From the human T2T-CHM13v2.0 reference genome, Homo sapiens, in the NCBI RefSeq assembly GCF_009914755.1, contig NC_060927.1: a stretch of 64,000 nucleotides of DNA; one strand, given 5' to 3'. The position numbers and the translations under genes are program-made. A model generated the notes under the pieces. That model was not told the origin of the DNA. It ran no database searches and saw nothing but the letters and a program-made list of their open reading frames with translations. Positions 60,437 through 64,000 of this stretch are shown here, piece after piece; positions within the stretch are counted from its first letter, which is position 1; the number at the start of each line of letters is the position of its first letter.

Positions 60437-60595
60437 TCAGAAAAAAAAAAAGAAAAAGAAAAAGAAAAGGCTGCCACCTTTGCGTAGCACCCTACCTAGA
60501 AGACATTCAATTCTTGAGAAATAATCTCTTTCGGCCAGGTGTGGTGGCTCACGCCTGTAATTCCAGCACTTTGGGAGGCCGAGGCGGGCAGATCA

Positions 60596-60875
<280 letters not shown>

Positions 60876-62233
60876 TTAAATCTTCTGTTATGGTTTGAAA
60901 AGTTTCCTTATAGATGGGGAATAAATCATTGCCTGTCCTTGGGCCCTCTCCAGCCCCACCTTCCCCTCTGCACTCTCAGCCTGCACTCCATTCCTTCCGG
61001 GTGCTCTGGTGTGTCTGAGATTACTGCATGTGTCTTCTATTCTGTTTGTGCCTTCCCTTCCTAGAATGTCCAGACTCTGTCTCCACCTTTGCTTATAGGG
61101 AGGGAATTCACGTTTAAAGACCCTAGTCCAGCCAGGCACGGTGGCTCACGCCCATAATCCCAGCACTTTGGGAGGCTGAGGTGGGCGGATCACTTGAGGT
61201 CAGGAGTTCGAGACCAGCCTGGCAAACATGGCAAAACCCCGTCTCTACTGAAAATACAAAAATTAGCCGGGCATGGTGGCATCTGCCTGTAATCCCAGCT
61301 ACTTGGAAGGCTGAGGCACGAGAATCACTTGAACCTGGGAGGTGGAGGTTGCAGTGAGCCGAGATTGCACTACTGCATTACAGCCTGGGCGGCAGAGTGA
61401 GACTGTGTCTCAGAAAAAAGAAAGAAAAGAAAAAGAAAAATATCTGATAAAGAACATTTGGCCCAGAAAAAGAATAAAATCATTTAGCCACTAATGGTGA
61501 CAAAGACAAAAATTACAAGTGATTATCGGACAAAATGAAAGCCTAAGTGATTTCTGGGATACTGGGAGTGCGGCAATACACAGAAGTTGAGAAGTAAAAA
61601 GTACAAGCACAGAAAATCAAACTTGCTGTTTTCTCCTTGAAAAACGCAGGAGAAATTTTGCAGAATTATCTCTCCTTTCCACTTTGCTATAATGCAGCAT
61701 TCTTTACAAGTACATGGTTTGTCAAGAAAGGAAATCACGCTTAGCTCTCCCAGACGTGTCATTTTCCAGGCTAGGTTTAGTCTCAGAAATAACTTATAAG
61801 TTTGGAGTAGAGGTTTATTTAACCAAAAGTCAGTTATATCTAATTAAGTCACCAGTAACAATACACAAATAACAGTATTTCTTTTACAACTTTTAATTTT
61901 TTTTTTTTGAGACAGGGTCTCACTGTCATCCAGGCTGGAGTGAGGTGGTGTTATCATGGCTTACCACAACCTTGACCTCCCAGGCTCAGGTAATCCTCCC
62001 ACTTCAGTCTCCCAAGTAGCTAGGAGTACAGGCACACACACCACGCCCAGCTAATTTTTGTGTTTTTTTTGTAAAGATGGAGTTTCACCATGTTGCCCAG
62101 GATGGTCTTAAACTCCTGGGCTCAAGTGATGCCCCCACTTTCTAAAAATTTAATTATCTTGGCTGGGTGCAGTGGCTCACGCCTGTAATCCAAGTACTTT
62201 GGGAGGCTCAGATGGGCAGATCACTTGAGGTCA

Positions 62234-62459
<226 letters not shown>

Positions 62460-62519
62460 TTATCTTTTATGTAGAGACAGGGTCTTGCTGTGTTGCCCTG
62501 GCTAGTCTCAAACTCCTAG

Positions 62520-62801
<282 letters not shown>

Positions 62802-62899
62802 TGACCAGGCTGGTCTCAAACTCCTGACCTCAGGTGATCCACTTGCCTCGGCCTCCCAAAGTGCTAGGATTACAGCAATGAGCCACCGCACCCAGCCCC

Positions 62900-63625
62900 C
62901 ATTGCCCATTTTTAAACTCAGTTGTTTTTTTTATTTTTTTGATGATGCCCTTTGGGGCACAACGTTTTTTATTTTGTTGAAGTCAAATTTATCTATTTTT
63001 CCCTTTGGTTACTGATGGTTTGGTGGCATATCTAAAATACCACAGCCAAATTCAAGGTCGTAAAAAAAATATATATGCTTCTTTCTATAGTTTTAAGTCT
63101 TACACTTTAGGCCTTTGATTCATTTTGAGTTAATTTTCATACATGATATGAGGTAAGGGGTCCAACTTCATTCTTTTTCATTTGGAAATCTAGTCACCTC
63201 AGCATTATTTACTGAAAAGACTATTTTCCCCCCAACTGGATGGTCCTGGCACACTTGAGAAATCAACTAATTAGCAACTGAGGGTTTACTTTGGATTAAT
63301 CCTATTCCATTGGTCTATATTGTCCACCTTTATACTAGTACCACAGTCTTGATTACTGTTGCTTTGCAGTAAGTTTTAAAATCTGGAGGTGTGAGTCCTC
63401 CAGCTTTGTTTTTTTCCAAGATTATTTTGGTTATTCTGGGTCCCCTGAATTTTGGTATGTATTTTAGTAACAGTTTGTCAATTTCTGCAAAAAAGCCAGC
63501 TGGAATTTTGATAGGAATTACACTGAATCTACAGATCGATTTGGGGAGTACTGTCATCTTTACAATGTTAAGTCTTCTGACATATGAACATGGACGCCTT
63601 TCCATTTATTTAGGTCATCTTTCAT
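62900..63625 (-). mobile_element. Old L1 ORF2 fragment (antisense to plus strand)
   Basis: ORF 63330..63605 ([39 protein letters not shown]...[20 protein letters not shown]) matches L1 ORF2p downstream of the RT domain. Confidence 0.9.
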
Positions 63626-63814
63626 TTTTACTTCCTCTTTCCTCCCTTCCGTTTTCTCCTTATACTTAGAACCACAGGCATCAAACTAAATGTAGGGAAG
63701 CCTTGTCTCCCACCACTACTTTGTAGAAGAGGAAAAATATAAGAAACAGCTAACAAATAATGCAGTTATAAACTTTAAACAAACAATCCTCGCAACAGTC
63801 CTCCTGTAAGTTCT

Positions 63815-63965
63815 AATACTCTCATTTACAAATGAAGAAACTGAGTATGGAAAGGCTAATTTGTTCAACGTCAGTCGCACTGCTAGCCAGTAAGAGGCAG
63901 AATTGGACACTGAAGTAAATTAGGCAATCCGTTTCAGAGTACACATTTCTAAACATTCCACTGTC
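63815..63965 (+). mobile_element. MIR relic (similar relics near 16930-17000, 44080-44170 and 50250-50370)
   Basis: catttacaaatgaagaaactgag core motif. Confidence 0.6.
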
Positions 63966-64000
63966 TTACCCTCCTTCCTTCCCCGTGTCAAGAGAAGTGA

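Overview
Human-type, extremely Alu-dense 64 kb segment. By gene content it corresponds to the USP4-GPX1-RHOA cluster (3p21.31). All three genes are on the minus strand in tandem. RHOA: coding exons 2-5 give the complete 193-aa CDS, and non-coding exon 1 lies beyond the right edge. GPX1: complete two-exon selenoprotein gene with in-frame TGA (Sec47), SECIS, and an Ala5/Pro198 allele of 201 aa. USP4: CpG-island promoter plus coding exons 1-6 (DUSP and first UBL domain), with the rest beyond the left edge. Exon lengths and splice phases were checked by hand and join without frameshifts. Most remaining sequence is Alu, plus a Tigger1 fossil split by about 15 Alus and L1/L2/MIR/MLT1 relics. Nearly all ORF-track entries are Alu-derived noise. 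I found no convincing new gene or system. The best leads come from the tight RHOA-GPX1 packing (phase-compatible chimeric splicing, a UGA stop upstream of the neighbour's SECIS, a GPX1 promoter element inside the RHOA 3'UTR), a weak GC splice donor with an Alu cassette exon that removes the RhoA CAAX box, a mosaic AluY/Yb8 element, and two fold-back scars in Alus.
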